Source of the DNA: Lysobacteraceae bacterium
Lineage (GTDB): Bacteria > Bdellovibrionota > UBA1018 > JAGTJX01
Assembly: GCA_023657465.1 (NCBI GenBank)
Contig: JAGTJX010000004.1
Coordinates: 154,904-218,903, forward strand
Length of the DNA: 64,000 nucleotides
Reading direction: 5' to 3'
Each line of letters starts with the position of its first letter. Within the stretch, counting starts at the first letter, position 1. A program made the position numbers and the translations under genes. Shown here one piece after another: positions 8,843 to 18,566 of the stretch. Under the pieces are notes generated by a model. The model was not told where the DNA came from and did not search any database. It worked only from the letters and a program-made list of their open reading frames with translations.

Positions 8843-10711
8843 ATGTGTGGAGTGGTTGGATATGTGGGTCGCAGACCCGTTCTTGATATTCTTGTTAAGG
8901 GACTTAAGCGCCTCGAATACCGAGGATATGATTCCGCCGGAGTGGCTTACTTCGATAGCGACAAGCTCAAAGTAGAGAAGAGCGAAGGTAAACTCGTCAA
9001 TGTAGAGAAGCTACTCGCAGGAATTGCACCCAAGGGTCTTCAGCTTGGGATCGGTCACACCCGTTGGGCTACTCACGGCAAACCCACCACTCAGAATGCT
9101 CATCCTCACCGCACAGGTCACGTCGTTCTCGTTCATAACGGGATCATCGAAAACTATTTGGAAATCAAAGCAGACCTGAAGAAAAAAGGTTACGAGCCCG
9201 CATCAGAAACCGATAGCGAGCTGTTTGGATTCTTGGTTTTAGATAAAATGAAATCAGGCAAGAAACTCGTGGAATCTGTACGCGAGAGCTTCAAGCTCCT
9301 TCATGGATTCTGCAGTGTCGTCGTGATGTCGGAGCAAGAGCCAGGGAAGTTCGTCGCAGTTCGTAACGGCACCCCGCTTGTCGCAGCAGTGGATCCACAA
9401 GGTGGAGCGTTCTTAGCATCTGATGCTCAAGCGCTACTTGAGTACACTAAGGAAATGATTTTCTTAGAGGATGGAGATGTTCTCGTCGGTGATGAGAGCG
9501 GCATTCATATCAGCACGCTTGCTTCTACTAAGGATGCGGGCAGAAAAGCAGTGACTCTGAATTGGTCAGCTGACAAAATGGACAAGCAAGGCTTCGAGCA
9601 CTACATGCTTAAAGAAATCATGGAACAACCCATGACGATGGTCGATACTCTGAACAGTCTCCTCGATCGCGCTCGCACAGATCCGTTTCCACTCGCAGAG
9701 CAACCCGGAGTAGAAGTCCTGAGATCAGCGAAGGAATTCATTCTCGCTGCATGTGGAACATCATGGCATGCAAGCTTACTCGGTAAATATTGGTTGGAGC
9801 GCTGGGGCGGAGTACCTGCGAATATCGAGTACTCTAGCGAACTCAGGTATCGCGATCCTGTGTTGAGAGCGGGAGCTGTACTCATCGGAACTTCTCAATC
9901 GGGAGAGACCGCGGATACTCTTGCCATCATAAAAGAGATGCGTAAGCGCGGAGTGCCTACGGTCTCTATCACTAACGTTCGAGGAAGTACCATTTCTCGT
10001 GAGTCGAATTACGGATTCTTCACTTCAGCAGGACCTGAGTTCAGTGTCGCTGCGACGAAGTCATTCCTGGCTCAAGCGCTCGTGTTCTTCCTCTGGGCAG
10101 GACATTTGGGATTACGAAGATCTAAGGATATCGCAAGCCAAGTCCAAGTCATCTTCGATCAACTGATCAAGCTTCCTCATCTTCTTGAGAGTATGTTGAA
10201 GCCAGATGGCGTGATGGTGCGAGCTTGTGAAGAAGCCGCTAAAAAATTCCAAAACGCTAAAGGTTTCTTCTTCATCGGTCGTGGATATTCTTTCCCGATC
10301 GCTCTTGAGGGTGCATTGAAACTCAAAGAAGTCGCCTACGTGCACTCAGAAGGTTATGCAGCTGGAGAGTTGAAACATGGACCGATTGCGATGATCGATA
10401 AGGAAATGGTGACGATCGTCCTCGTTCCTCAGGATTCTCTCTATGAGAAGACAGTCTCTAATCTCCAAGAACTCAAAGCTCGAGGATCCAAGATCATCGG
10501 TATTGGTAATGCGGGCGATGAGAAAGTGAAGAAGGATTGCGATGTTTGGATTCCAATCCCTGTAAAGAGTGCAGATAAGGACTTCGATGAGTCACTCTAT
10601 CCGTTCTTGCTTGTGCCTGCTGTGCAGCTTTTCAGTTATTACATGGCAAAACTAAAAGGCACTGACGTCGATCAGCCACGCAACTTGGCTAAGAGCGTGA
10701 CTGTCGAATGA
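8843..10711 (+). CDS. glmS: Glutamine--fructose-6-phosphate aminotransferase
   Basis: N-terminal MCGVVGYVG (Ntn Cys2) followed by two SIS domains. The start was moved to the ATG at 8843. Confidence 0.95.
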   Translation: MCGVVGYVGRRPVLDILVKGLKRLEYRGYDSAGVAYFDSDKLKVEKSEGKLVNVEKLLAGIAPKGLQLGIGHTRWATHGKPTTQNAHPHRTGHVVLVHNGIIENYLEIKADLKKKGYEPASETDSELFGFLVLDKMKSGKKLVESVRESFKLLHGFCSVVVMSEQEPGKFVAVRNGTPLVAAVDPQGGAFLASDAQALLEYTKEMIFLEDGDVLVGDESGIHISTLASTKDAGRKAVTLNWSADKMDKQGFEHYMLKEIMEQPMTMVDTLNSLLDRARTDPFPLAEQPGVEVLRSAKEFILAACGTSWHASLLGKYWLERWGGVPANIEYSSELRYRDPVLRAGAVLIGTSQSGETADTLAIIKEMRKRGVPTVSITNVRGSTISRESNYGFFTSAGPEFSVAATKSFLAQALVFFLWAGHLGLRRSKDIASQVQVIFDQLIKLPHLLESMLKPDGVMVRACEEAAKKFQNAKGFFFIGRGYSFPIALEGALKLKEVAYVHSEGYAAGELKHGPIAMIDKEMVTIVLVPQDSLYEKTVSNLQELKARGSKIIGIGNAGDEKVKKDCDVWIPIPVKSADKDFDESLYPFLLVPAVQLFSYYMAKLKGTDVDQPRNLAKSVTVE

Positions 10712-12387
10712 TGCCCAATACGCGCGCAATGCTCATTGGTGTAGTTGCGGGATTGATCTCGGCACTCATCCGTGGGTTTTGGTTTAAGAGTGGATTGAAT
10801 TGGATTGCATTTCCGATTGTGATCTTGGCTCTTGCAGTATTCTTGGCTCTCTTCGAGCAGATTGCTAAACGTTTCAAATGGCAACCTAAGCGGGCGGGAC
10901 TCGTCACTGGGACTTCAGAGATTCTCGCACACGTGCATCTTCCGCCTGAGAAAACTTTCTCAGAACATAGTTTCTGGAGAGGGATGGAATCTGTTTTGCT
11001 TTCAATGTTTGGAGGACGAGTAGGAGTAGAGGGAGCGGCGACTTCGTTTGCTTATGCCTTCGCTCTTAAGTCGAGAACGAACTCAGCTCAGTGGTTTGAA
11101 CAGCAACGCAGAACGGACGCGGCCTCAGCACTAGCAGCTGGAATTGCTTGTATGTTTGGATCTCCGTTTGCTGCGATCATTCTGCCTCTTGAGCTTAATC
11201 TTGGCGGACGCACACTCTCTGTAGCGTTCAGTGCGGCAGCAGCCGTAGCGACGACTCAGCTTTTCGTTACTCTAGGTTTTACTGAAGCGCTCACGCCTAC
11301 GACTCTTTTTTTAGAGTTTGGAGTTACTCTTGAGCAGAGTTTAAGACTCATTTTCTTCACTCTATCTATCGGTCTTCTTTTTGGGTTTCTGTCCGTATAC
11401 TTCTTAGTTCTTACGAATAGTGGCCGTGAAGGCTGGAACCATTACAGACATAAGCTCTGGTTTTTACCTGCTTCAGTTGGTTGCCTCATACTTTTTGCGA
11501 TACTCGTAGCTTACCCAGAAGGTTTTGGACTGCCTAATGCACTTCTCGAGGGGCTACTTAATCTCAAAGACTCACCCACAGAAATGGCGCTTACCGGACT
11601 TACTCAAATCCTCTCTGCACTCGTTGGAGTGAACTTCTTCGGTACAGTGGGTGTATTCACTCCGATCTTCGTTTCTGGTGCAGGATTTGCTGCGGCACTA
11701 GGGACAATATTTTTTGGAGCATATAGTTTGCCAGCACTCTTAGGTGGTTCTGCTCTTCTCTCTGGGATTTTCAATACACCTCTGACTGCTGCTTTTCTCG
11801 CTTATGAATTATCAGGCAACTGGACAGTGCTTCTTCCTTGCTTCATTGCTGCGTGGGTTTCACGCGAAGTCGTAGTGCGATTCAGAGGGCGAGGATTGGT
11901 CGATGAAGAATTACAGTTTCTCGGTGTAGAGCTTCTTTCAGGTAGGCAGAGATCTATCTTGAAGAGTCTAAAAGTTTCATCGGCAATGGTCACTGACTTC
12001 GATGTTGTCACTCATAACGAATCGCTCACTGAGCTTCATCATCGTATGGAGAAATCTAAGTATCCGTTCCTTCCAGTGATTGGGCAGAACAATAAGTACA
12101 TGGGGATTTTGACTGCAGATATTGTTGAGTACGCTATGAGTGACAAGACTTCTCAGTCGCTCAATCTCGATGCAAAAGATCTTCTTTTCCGCTCTGGTTC
12201 TAGACCTAAATCGATTCAAGTCGATGATCATCTGGATATTGCGTCTGAGTGGTTTGAAGAGACTCCTCTCATTCCGGTTCTTGCTGAGGGAGATAAAATT
12301 GTAGGACTGCTCTTCGTTCACAATGTCCGTATTGCTTATGACCGTGAAGTGGCTAATCGATTCCTTCTCAAACGAAAACAGGATTAA
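10708..12387 (+). CDS. ClC-family chloride channel/antiporter with C-terminal CBS domains
   Basis: GSPFAAIILPLE and GVFTPIFVSGAG selectivity-filter-like motifs plus a CBS pair at the C-terminus. Its ATGATG start overlaps the glmS stop. Confidence 0.85.
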   Translation: MMPNTRAMLIGVVAGLISALIRGFWFKSGLNWIAFPIVILALAVFLALFEQIAKRFKWQPKRAGLVTGTSEILAHVHLPPEKTFSEHSFWRGMESVLLSMFGGRVGVEGAATSFAYAFALKSRTNSAQWFEQQRRTDAASALAAGIACMFGSPFAAIILPLELNLGGRTLSVAFSAAAAVATTQLFVTLGFTEALTPTTLFLEFGVTLEQSLRLIFFTLSIGLLFGFLSVYFLVLTNSGREGWNHYRHKLWFLPASVGCLILFAILVAYPEGFGLPNALLEGLLNLKDSPTEMALTGLTQILSALVGVNFFGTVGVFTPIFVSGAGFAAALGTIFFGAYSLPALLGGSALLSGIFNTPLTAAFLAYELSGNWTVLLPCFIAAWVSREVVVRFRGRGLVDEELQFLGVELLSGRQRSILKSLKVSSAMVTDFDVVTHNESLTELHHRMEKSKYPFLPVIGQNNKYMGILTADIVEYAMSDKTSQSLNLDAKDLLFRSGSRPKSIQVDDHLDIASEWFEETPLIPVLAEGDKIVGLLFVHNVRIAYDREVANRFLLKRKQD

Positions 12388-14622
12388 ATGTTAGATTTAT
12401 TAAACCCAGCACAGAAACAGGCTGCTCTGACAACAGAGGGGCCGCTCCTCGTTCTTGCTGGTGCGGGCTCAGGCAAGACTAAGATGCTCACCTCCAGGAT
12501 TGCTCATCTCATGGAATCGGGCCTTGCTAAGCCTCATGAGATTTTAGCAGTCACATTCACAAACAAAGCAGCAGGTGAAATGCGCGAGCGGGTAGAGCGC
12601 TCGATGGAGAAGTCTCAGACTCCGGTTTATGGAATTCCTGAGATTGGAACCTTTCACGCAGTCTGTGGGAGAATTTTAAGACGTGAGGCAGGATTGCTAC
12701 CGTTTACTAAACCTTATGTGATCTACGATGATTCGGATCAACTCAGTGTGATTAAGTCTGTACTGAAGAAGCTCAATATTGATGACAAGGTAATGTCCGC
12801 TAAATCTTTCCAATATGCTATTGATCGAGCGAAGTGCGATGCAGTTGAGCCAGAGGATATGCAAGCGCCTGGATTCTCTCCATTCGAGCGAGTACTGAAG
12901 GATGTCTATCGTCAGTACAAGGAAGACATGATCGGGAATAACGCGATGGACTTCGGAGAGATCCTCTGTGCAACTTACCGAATCCTGCGCGATCATCCAG
13001 AAGTCCGCGCTCGTTATCAGAAGCGGTTCAAATACATCCATGTCGATGAGTATCAAGACACGAACCGAGTTCAGTATTTGATTTTGAATCTCCTGGCGCA
13101 TCCTTCTCAAGGAGGGCATGGGAATATCTGTGTCGTAGGAGACGAAGATCAGTCCATCTACAAGTGGCGTGGAGCGGATATTAAGAATATTTTGGATTTT
13201 GAAAAAGATTATTTTAATGCTCAAGTCGTGAAACTCGAGCAGAATTATCGATCGACTAAGACCATCATCAGTGCAGCTTCTGATCTCATTGGGCACAATA
13301 CCCAGAGGAAGAATAAGAAACTCTGGACAGACAATGAAGATGGCTCACCGATTGTTCAACTGCAAGTCGCAGATGAGAGAGAAGAAGCCGATGTTGTCGT
13401 AAAAGAGCTCGCACGACTTGCTCGAGATGAGAATCGCTCGATGGATGAGTTTGCGATCTTCTATCGCACGCATGCTCAATCACGACAATTCGAAGATTTT
13501 CTCAGACGAGATAAAATCCCTTATCAGGTTTTAGGTGGTCTTAGATTCTACGACCGAAAAGAGATCAAAGACATTCTCTGTTATTTGAGGCTCATCATCA
13601 ATCCACTAGATAGCGTGAGTGTGAAGCGTGTGATCAATACCCCCGCTCGTGGAATTGGTAAGACGACTGTCGATAAACTCGAAGCACTAGGCAATGGCAA
13701 CCTCTGGTTGGGATTAGAAGCTGTGATGGGAGATCCGTCCCACTTTCCTGCCAAGACGTCGAAGAAGCTCACAGATTTTGCTCAGATGATTCTAGGTTGG
13801 ATCCATGTATCAGCATCCATAAAGGTATCTGAGATGTATCACCGAGTTTTGGATGACATTCAGTACGTAAAAGCTCTCAAAGACGAAGGTACCGAAGAAG
13901 CTGATGCTCGTATCGACAACTTAGAAGAGTTCGATACGCTGGTTGCTGAGTTCGAAGAAGAAGTGTTCAGTGAAGAAGAGAAGCTTGAAGCAGGACAAGC
14001 GCTTGTGCAGTTCTTAGAGCGCACCACGCTCGCATCGGTGACTGATGATGAAGGTAAGATGGTTTCTACAGTGAAGCTCATGAGTCTACATTCATCAAAA
14101 GGCCTTGAATATCCTGTCGTCTTCTTAGTGGGGATGGAAGAAGGCTTGTTTCCATCGATTCGTGAGGGTCAAGAGAAGGATCCAGAAGAACTCGAGGAAG
14201 AGCGCAGGCTTTGTTATGTGGGAATGACTCGTGCACGTGAACGACTCTATCTCAGTCACGCCAATATACGTAGGCAATGGGGTCAGTTTAGTTATCAGTA
14301 TCCATCGCGGTTCTTAGAAGAGATTCCACAGTCTTTCAGGATCATGAGAGATTTCGCTGGTTCAAGGAAGACGGAATCATCCTCTTACACATCATCTTAT
14401 TCGTCTCAAGGTTACCAGGCTCCTAAACTCAGCGTTGTTCCTACTTATGAATCGAGCGACTCCAAGTTTATTGGCAAGCGATTCGATCACCCGGATTACG
14501 GCTATGGAAAAATTGTCAGTAGCGAAGGAAGTGGAGATACGCAGAAGGTGATGGTCGAGTTTAAGGATCAATCTAAGCGCAAGTTTCTTTTCCGCTATGT
14601 GAAGAGTTTCTTAGAAGATTGA
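12388..14622 (+). CDS. uvrD: UvrD/PcrA/Rep-family ATP-dependent DNA helicase
   Basis: Walker A AGAGSGKT, helicase motifs and the C-terminal UvrD Tudor-like tail (GKRFDHPDYGYGKIV). Confidence 0.9.
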   Translation: MLDLLNPAQKQAALTTEGPLLVLAGAGSGKTKMLTSRIAHLMESGLAKPHEILAVTFTNKAAGEMRERVERSMEKSQTPVYGIPEIGTFHAVCGRILRREAGLLPFTKPYVIYDDSDQLSVIKSVLKKLNIDDKVMSAKSFQYAIDRAKCDAVEPEDMQAPGFSPFERVLKDVYRQYKEDMIGNNAMDFGEILCATYRILRDHPEVRARYQKRFKYIHVDEYQDTNRVQYLILNLLAHPSQGGHGNICVVGDEDQSIYKWRGADIKNILDFEKDYFNAQVVKLEQNYRSTKTIISAASDLIGHNTQRKNKKLWTDNEDGSPIVQLQVADEREEADVVVKELARLARDENRSMDEFAIFYRTHAQSRQFEDFLRRDKIPYQVLGGLRFYDRKEIKDILCYLRLIINPLDSVSVKRVINTPARGIGKTTVDKLEALGNGNLWLGLEAVMGDPSHFPAKTSKKLTDFAQMILGWIHVSASIKVSEMYHRVLDDIQYVKALKDEGTEEADARIDNLEEFDTLVAEFEEEVFSEEEKLEAGQALVQFLERTTLASVTDDEGKMVSTVKLMSLHSSKGLEYPVVFLVGMEEGLFPSIREGQEKDPEELEEERRLCYVGMTRARERLYLSHANIRRQWGQFSYQYPSRFLEEIPQSFRIMRDFAGSRKTESSSYTSSYSSQGYQAPKLSVVPTYESSDSKFIGKRFDHPDYGYGKIVSSEGSGDTQKVMVEFKDQSKRKFLFRYVKSFLED

Positions 14623-14623
14623 A

Positions 14624-15526
14624 ATGAATAAATGGATCTTACTCATGGGAGCGTTCATGGTGATGAAGTTAGCACATGCTAAAGTAGTATTACCTTTTAC
14701 AGCCGCAAGCGGTGTGGTGGAGATGAATGGAAAATACTTGCTCATCTCAGACACGGATGCTGTGCTTTATGAAGTAGATAAAGCGGGCAAACTAGTCAAT
14801 GCATATACTGTACCCTGGGAAGAGTTATCCGATGATCCGGTCACGAGGAAGAAGAAGAAACCAGATTTTGAATCACTGACTTTTTTACCTAAGCATGATG
14901 GAGTAGGGTTTCAGGGATTACTCTTACTGCCATCATTCTCTAAGCCGAATAGAGTGCGCGCTGCTTATTTTAAGATCAATAAGTCTTCAGAAATCGTTAC
15001 ACCTCCAGAGATGATTGACCTCACTGAGCTAGAACCTAAGCTGAAGATGCATGCAGCCGAACTCAACATCGAAGGAGTTTCATTCGTAGGGAAGAAGTTG
15101 AGCTTATTCCAAAGGGGCAATGGGAAGAATAACTTCAATGGCGTTTTTGAAATCACTGTGTCTGCAGGAGATCTAATCACAGGTTCAAAGATCGGTAAGT
15201 GGCCAGTTAAATTTAAGAAAATCAAATTAGAAAAAGGATTCAGTATTACCGATGCATTGGATCTAGGATCAGTAGGTATTGTGCTTTCAGCTTGTATCGA
15301 AGAAACCGAAAATACCTATGATGACGGGAAGATCTTGGGATCTGGATTGTTTCTGTACAAGAATGGAAAAACAAAGAAACTGAAGCAGTTCGATGGTGAT
15401 CTGAAGATCGAAGGTGTTACGGGTACATACAATAAGAAAGCAAAGAAACTCAGTCTTGTGATGGTCGATGATCCAGATGATCATAGGAAGAAGAGTTTCT
15501 TTTTAGAAATGGAGATAGCACTATGA
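14624..15526 (+). CDS. Secreted hypothetical protein
   Basis: N-terminal signal peptide (MNKWILLMGAFMVMKLAHA). I recognise no confident domain. Confidence 0.5.
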   Translation: MNKWILLMGAFMVMKLAHAKVVLPFTAASGVVEMNGKYLLISDTDAVLYEVDKAGKLVNAYTVPWEELSDDPVTRKKKKPDFESLTFLPKHDGVGFQGLLLLPSFSKPNRVRAAYFKINKSSEIVTPPEMIDLTELEPKLKMHAAELNIEGVSFVGKKLSLFQRGNGKNNFNGVFEITVSAGDLITGSKIGKWPVKFKKIKLEKGFSITDALDLGSVGIVLSACIEETENTYDDGKILGSGLFLYKNGKTKKLKQFDGDLKIEGVTGTYNKKAKKLSLVMVDDPDDHRKKSFFLEMEIAL

Positions 15527-16509
15527 AGTCGATTCTTTCAGTTTTAATTCTGATTTTTGGGACACACCAAGTTCATTCACATCCGAAACACTCCAAGTAT
15601 CCTACGGACTGGAGAACAGATGAAGATGCTTATGAGTCGTATAGACCCAAAGGCAAAAGAACCTATAGCCATCAGCCTAAGAGCAGAATTCTAAAAGTTT
15701 ATGACTCTGTGTTTTTAAAAACAAAACTCTCAGAGTTCTCTGGTGCACTCCCGGTCAAAATCAATGGCAAAGAAGAGTACATTAAAGAGCGTGAGAGTCA
15801 GGCAGGGAAGAAGTTAGCCCGTGCGTATCTGAGAGATACTCTTGAAGGTTTTGGATACAAAGTGAGAGAGCAGGCTTATTCAAGCAAAGGAACAAACTTA
15901 ATCGCCGATAAAGAAGGCGATAACCCAGACCAAGTAGTCATCGTTTCAGCGCACATGGATAGCGTTGGAAATGCTGGAGCAGATGACGATGGATCAGGTG
16001 TGATCTCTGCAGTCTCAATCATGGGTGCACTTGCGAAAGAAAAACTTAAGTACTCGTTACGTTTTGTAGCGTTTGATGAAGAAGAGATGGGACTTGTAGG
16101 TTCTAGGGCATATGCAAAAAGCTTAGATACAAATAAGGAAGAGGTCATCGGCGTTTTTAATCTAGAGATGACTGCTTTCAATAAACGCAAAGACGGCGCG
16201 TTTCACGTGATTGACTGCGACCGTGATGACTCAGTATCGCTGACCAAGTCCATCGTGAGAGCGGTGAAAGATATTAAACTTCCACTCGTGAGAACGGAAG
16301 CCTGTACCGATCGTAGCGATCACGCTTCATTTTGGGATATTGAAGTGCCTGCTGTAGTCATCAGCCAAAACTTCTTCGGAGGAGATTCGAACCCTTGTTA
16401 TCACCGTGCTTGTGACAAAGTGAGCGACCAGCTCAATTTCGAGTACATGTCGAATATTACAGAGGCTGTGGGTTTGTCAGTAAAACGTGCTGTAATGGGT
16501 ACCCAATAG
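15523..16509 (+). CDS. Secreted M28-family zinc aminopeptidase
   Basis: Signal peptide plus M28 metal-ligand motifs HMDSV, DDDGSG, EEMGLVGS and SDHASF. Confidence 0.85.
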   Translation: MKSILSVLILIFGTHQVHSHPKHSKYPTDWRTDEDAYESYRPKGKRTYSHQPKSRILKVYDSVFLKTKLSEFSGALPVKINGKEEYIKERESQAGKKLARAYLRDTLEGFGYKVREQAYSSKGTNLIADKEGDNPDQVVIVSAHMDSVGNAGADDDGSGVISAVSIMGALAKEKLKYSLRFVAFDEEEMGLVGSRAYAKSLDTNKEEVIGVFNLEMTAFNKRKDGAFHVIDCDRDDSVSLTKSIVRAVKDIKLPLVRTEACTDRSDHASFWDIEVPAVVISQNFFGGDSNPCYHRACDKVSDQLNFEYMSNITEAVGLSVKRAVMGTQ

Positions 16510-16514
16510 AGGGT

Positions 16515-16554
16515 TTGACAACATATAATATATTAGGCATAATATATTATATGT
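16515..16554 (+). promoter_or_regulatory. Sigma70-like promoter with an overlapping 15-bp-arm palindromic operator; leaderless start of the XRE gene
   Basis: TTGACA at 16515-16520, 17 bp, then CATAAT at 16538-16543; the ATG at 16551 falls at the predicted +1. The perfect inverted repeat is ACATATAATATATTA-ggca-TAATATATTATATGT at 16521-16554. Confidence 0.55.
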
Positions 16555-17054
16555 TTGGAGCTCAAATTCGAGAGCAGAGAAAATCGATGAAATTGAGCCA
16601 GAGTGCTCTCTCAAGCCTCTCAGGAGTGAGTGTGCCAATGATCCAGCTCATAGAGTCTGAGAAGGGGAACCCTTCGATCAAGACATTGGTCATGATCTTA
16701 GATTCTCTCCACATGAAGTTAGTATGTAAGGAAGAAAAATTTAATTGGGATCGGTTTGCTAGGCATACAGCTCTACTTTATGAGCAAGGGACAGTCGAGA
16801 GAGCTTTCTGTACTGAGCAAACCCTAGTGAGTTGCCTCATTGCCGCAGGTGAAACCCTTGCTAAAGAAAAAGACCAGAGGAAGAAAGAAGCCTTGGAAAG
16901 TACCCTCTTGGCTCTTGAGTTGTACTACCCTGATTTCTATAGGCAGCTACTAGTTGAATCTTCAGCTTTAAAAAAACTATGTGCTTTCTCGATTTCTGGT
17001 CGACATATCAAGTTGAAGCGAATCGCTTTAGAGAGACTGAAGGACTACCTCTAG
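16551..17054 (+). CDS. XRE-family HTH transcriptional regulator with a C-terminal domain of unknown function
   Basis: N-terminal HTH_3 (QIREQRKSMKLSQSALSSLSGVSVPMIQLIESEKGNPSIKTLVMILDSL). The track ORF begins at a TTG at 16515 inside the operator, so the ATG at 16551 is preferred. Its stop overlaps the next start (TAGATG). Confidence 0.7.
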   Translation: MFGAQIREQRKSMKLSQSALSSLSGVSVPMIQLIESEKGNPSIKTLVMILDSLHMKLVCKEEKFNWDRFARHTALLYEQGTVERAFCTEQTLVSCLIAAGETLAKEKDQRKKEALESTLLALELYYPDFYRQLLVESSALKKLCAFSISGRHIKLKRIALERLKDYL

Positions 17055-17549
17055 ATGAAGACACTGAATGCAAAACTACTAGAGCAGTTTTTAAACCTAG
17101 TCATTAAAAAGCTTGAAGGTGAGTGGGTGCTACTAGGTGGCACTCTTATTCCCGCATTAGGGATCGAATATAGACAGACAGTCGATATTGATTTTGTACC
17201 TGCAGGAGAGATGACCAATAAAACATCATTGGAACTCATGGGCTTGGCAGAGAAGCTGGGAATTGCCGTTGAGTCGATCAATGCATCGGCGGGATTCTTC
17301 TTAAAGAAGATTCCAGATTTCTCTGAGCGTTTAGTCAGCCTGAAGAAGTCCAAGAGTTGCACAATCTACCGACCTACTTTGGATCTCTACCTTGAATTGA
17401 AACTCAATCGCGCTTCTCCCACGGATCTCACGGACTGCATACAATTAATCCAATATTGTAAGAAAATGAAACTAGCTGAAGAGTTAAAGTCTGGGAGCAA
17501 GTTTTTAGAGAAAAAAGACCGTAGAGATATTTTGAGATACTTTGGATAA
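17055..17549 (+). CDS. Minimal nucleotidyltransferase-fold protein (AbiEii/MenT-like motif)
   Basis: Motif LLGGTLIPALGIEYRQTVDIDFV fits the NTase signature hGG-x14-[DE]hDh. It is translationally coupled to the upstream XRE gene. Confidence 0.5.
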   Translation: MKTLNAKLLEQFLNLVIKKLEGEWVLLGGTLIPALGIEYRQTVDIDFVPAGEMTNKTSLELMGLAEKLGIAVESINASAGFFLKKIPDFSERLVSLKKSKSCTIYRPTLDLYLELKLNRASPTDLTDCIQLIQYCKKMKLAEELKSGSKFLEKKDRRDILRYFG

Positions 17550-17550
17550 T

Positions 17551-17646
17551 CCCTACCGGATTAAATGGACAATACTGAATAGAGTGATGGCAGCGTAGTA
17601 GTGAGTGTTCTTTCATAGAAATGTAAGTCCGTCTCTGACGGTTTTT
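17551..17646 (+). repeat. Intergenic repeat family copy R1 (core plus hairpin), ending in a Rho-independent terminator
   Basis: Core TACCGGATTAAATGGA at 17554-17569, then ...GTTCTTTCATAGAAATGTAAG, then CCGTC-tct-GACGG at 17629-17641 followed by TTTTT. It starts 2 nt after the NTase stop. Confidence 0.8.
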
Positions 17647-17783
17647 CACATCGTCTCAGTGATTGCGCTTGCGTATTGCCTCAAAAGTAAGTGTTACTTA
17701 TGAGCAGTAGGTCAACAGGAGTGAGAGTTAATGTAACTTAATTTAATTTAAAACACTGACAGCAAGAAACAATGTTAAAAAAT

Positions 17784-18533
17784 TCATCGTTTGATTTGCG
17801 ATACAACAATGTACCCTCGCGCTTTTGAAACACCCTTGTCTTGTGTATTCATTCCCTTAAAAAAGGTTTCGGTAGAAACCCAATAGGGTGTGTACCACTC
17901 GCGATCAACGTCTAAAACTAGTACTTTTTGTGAAGTTTTGTCATAAGCAGCGATCGGAGAAATATGACCCGCGGGTTCCGATTCCCCAGTAAAAACGGCT
18001 TGATCAAAATTAGCAATAATAAAGTCTTGATCTGTTTTCTCGTTCTCAGTGAAGTCACTTAGATAACCGTTTATAGCGCCTTTTTCTAGTGAATCGACGT
18101 GTATAACTTTAACTTGGTATTGATCTGGGAAATAAATATTGAGTGCTTTTTTTAAAACTTCTGAAAATCGATCCATTGAAAAGCATTTGTGATCTTTCAT
18201 GGCTTGGATCCATTCAGGGTCATTAACTTTTGCAACGATATCGGCTTGTGTAATGTTTTTTGTTTCAGAATCTAAGTCTTGCTTATTTTTAAGGGCATTG
18301 AAGATCGCCGCCATAGAGGCCGTTTGACACATGTTTTCTCCCTGCGGAACATAATGAAAAATCATAGCCCAAAAATCAGGAGCATGATTTTTTTGCAAAT
18401 ACTTATGATCGTCAATGGCTCTTAGAGTTTCAGGTGCGTATTTAGATTTAGAAAAAGCTTGGGGAGCAAGAGTGAAAGCTATTATTAGTAATGGACTAAA
18501 AAAAACGCTTGTTTGTTTTGATACGTATTTCAT
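17784..18533 (-). CDS. Secreted phytochelatin-synthase-like (papain-fold) peptidase
   Basis: Signal peptide plus a conserved PCS catalytic triad context: Cys in QGENMCQTASMAAIFNAL, His in PAGHISPIAAYD, Asp in KVLVLDVDREWYTPYWV. This closely parallels the cyanobacterial PCS-like enzyme. Confidence 0.8.
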   Translation of the reverse strand: MKYVSKQTSVFFSPLLIIAFTLAPQAFSKSKYAPETLRAIDDHKYLQKNHAPDFWAMIFHYVPQGENMCQTASMAAIFNALKNKQDLDSETKNITQADIVAKVNDPEWIQAMKDHKCFSMDRFSEVLKKALNIYFPDQYQVKVIHVDSLEKGAINGYLSDFTENEKTDQDFIIANFDQAVFTGESEPAGHISPIAAYDKTSQKVLVLDVDREWYTPYWVSTETFFKGMNTQDKGVSKARGYIVVSQIKR

Positions 18534-18566
18534 AGCTGTAAATTTTACTCATATTTCTTGGCATTG

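Noticed and set aside
16375-16395. tRNA-like T-arm string GGAGATTCGAACCC
   Set aside because: It lies inside the M28 peptidase CDS with no acceptor or anticodon arm context. No tRNA genes were found in any intergenic region.
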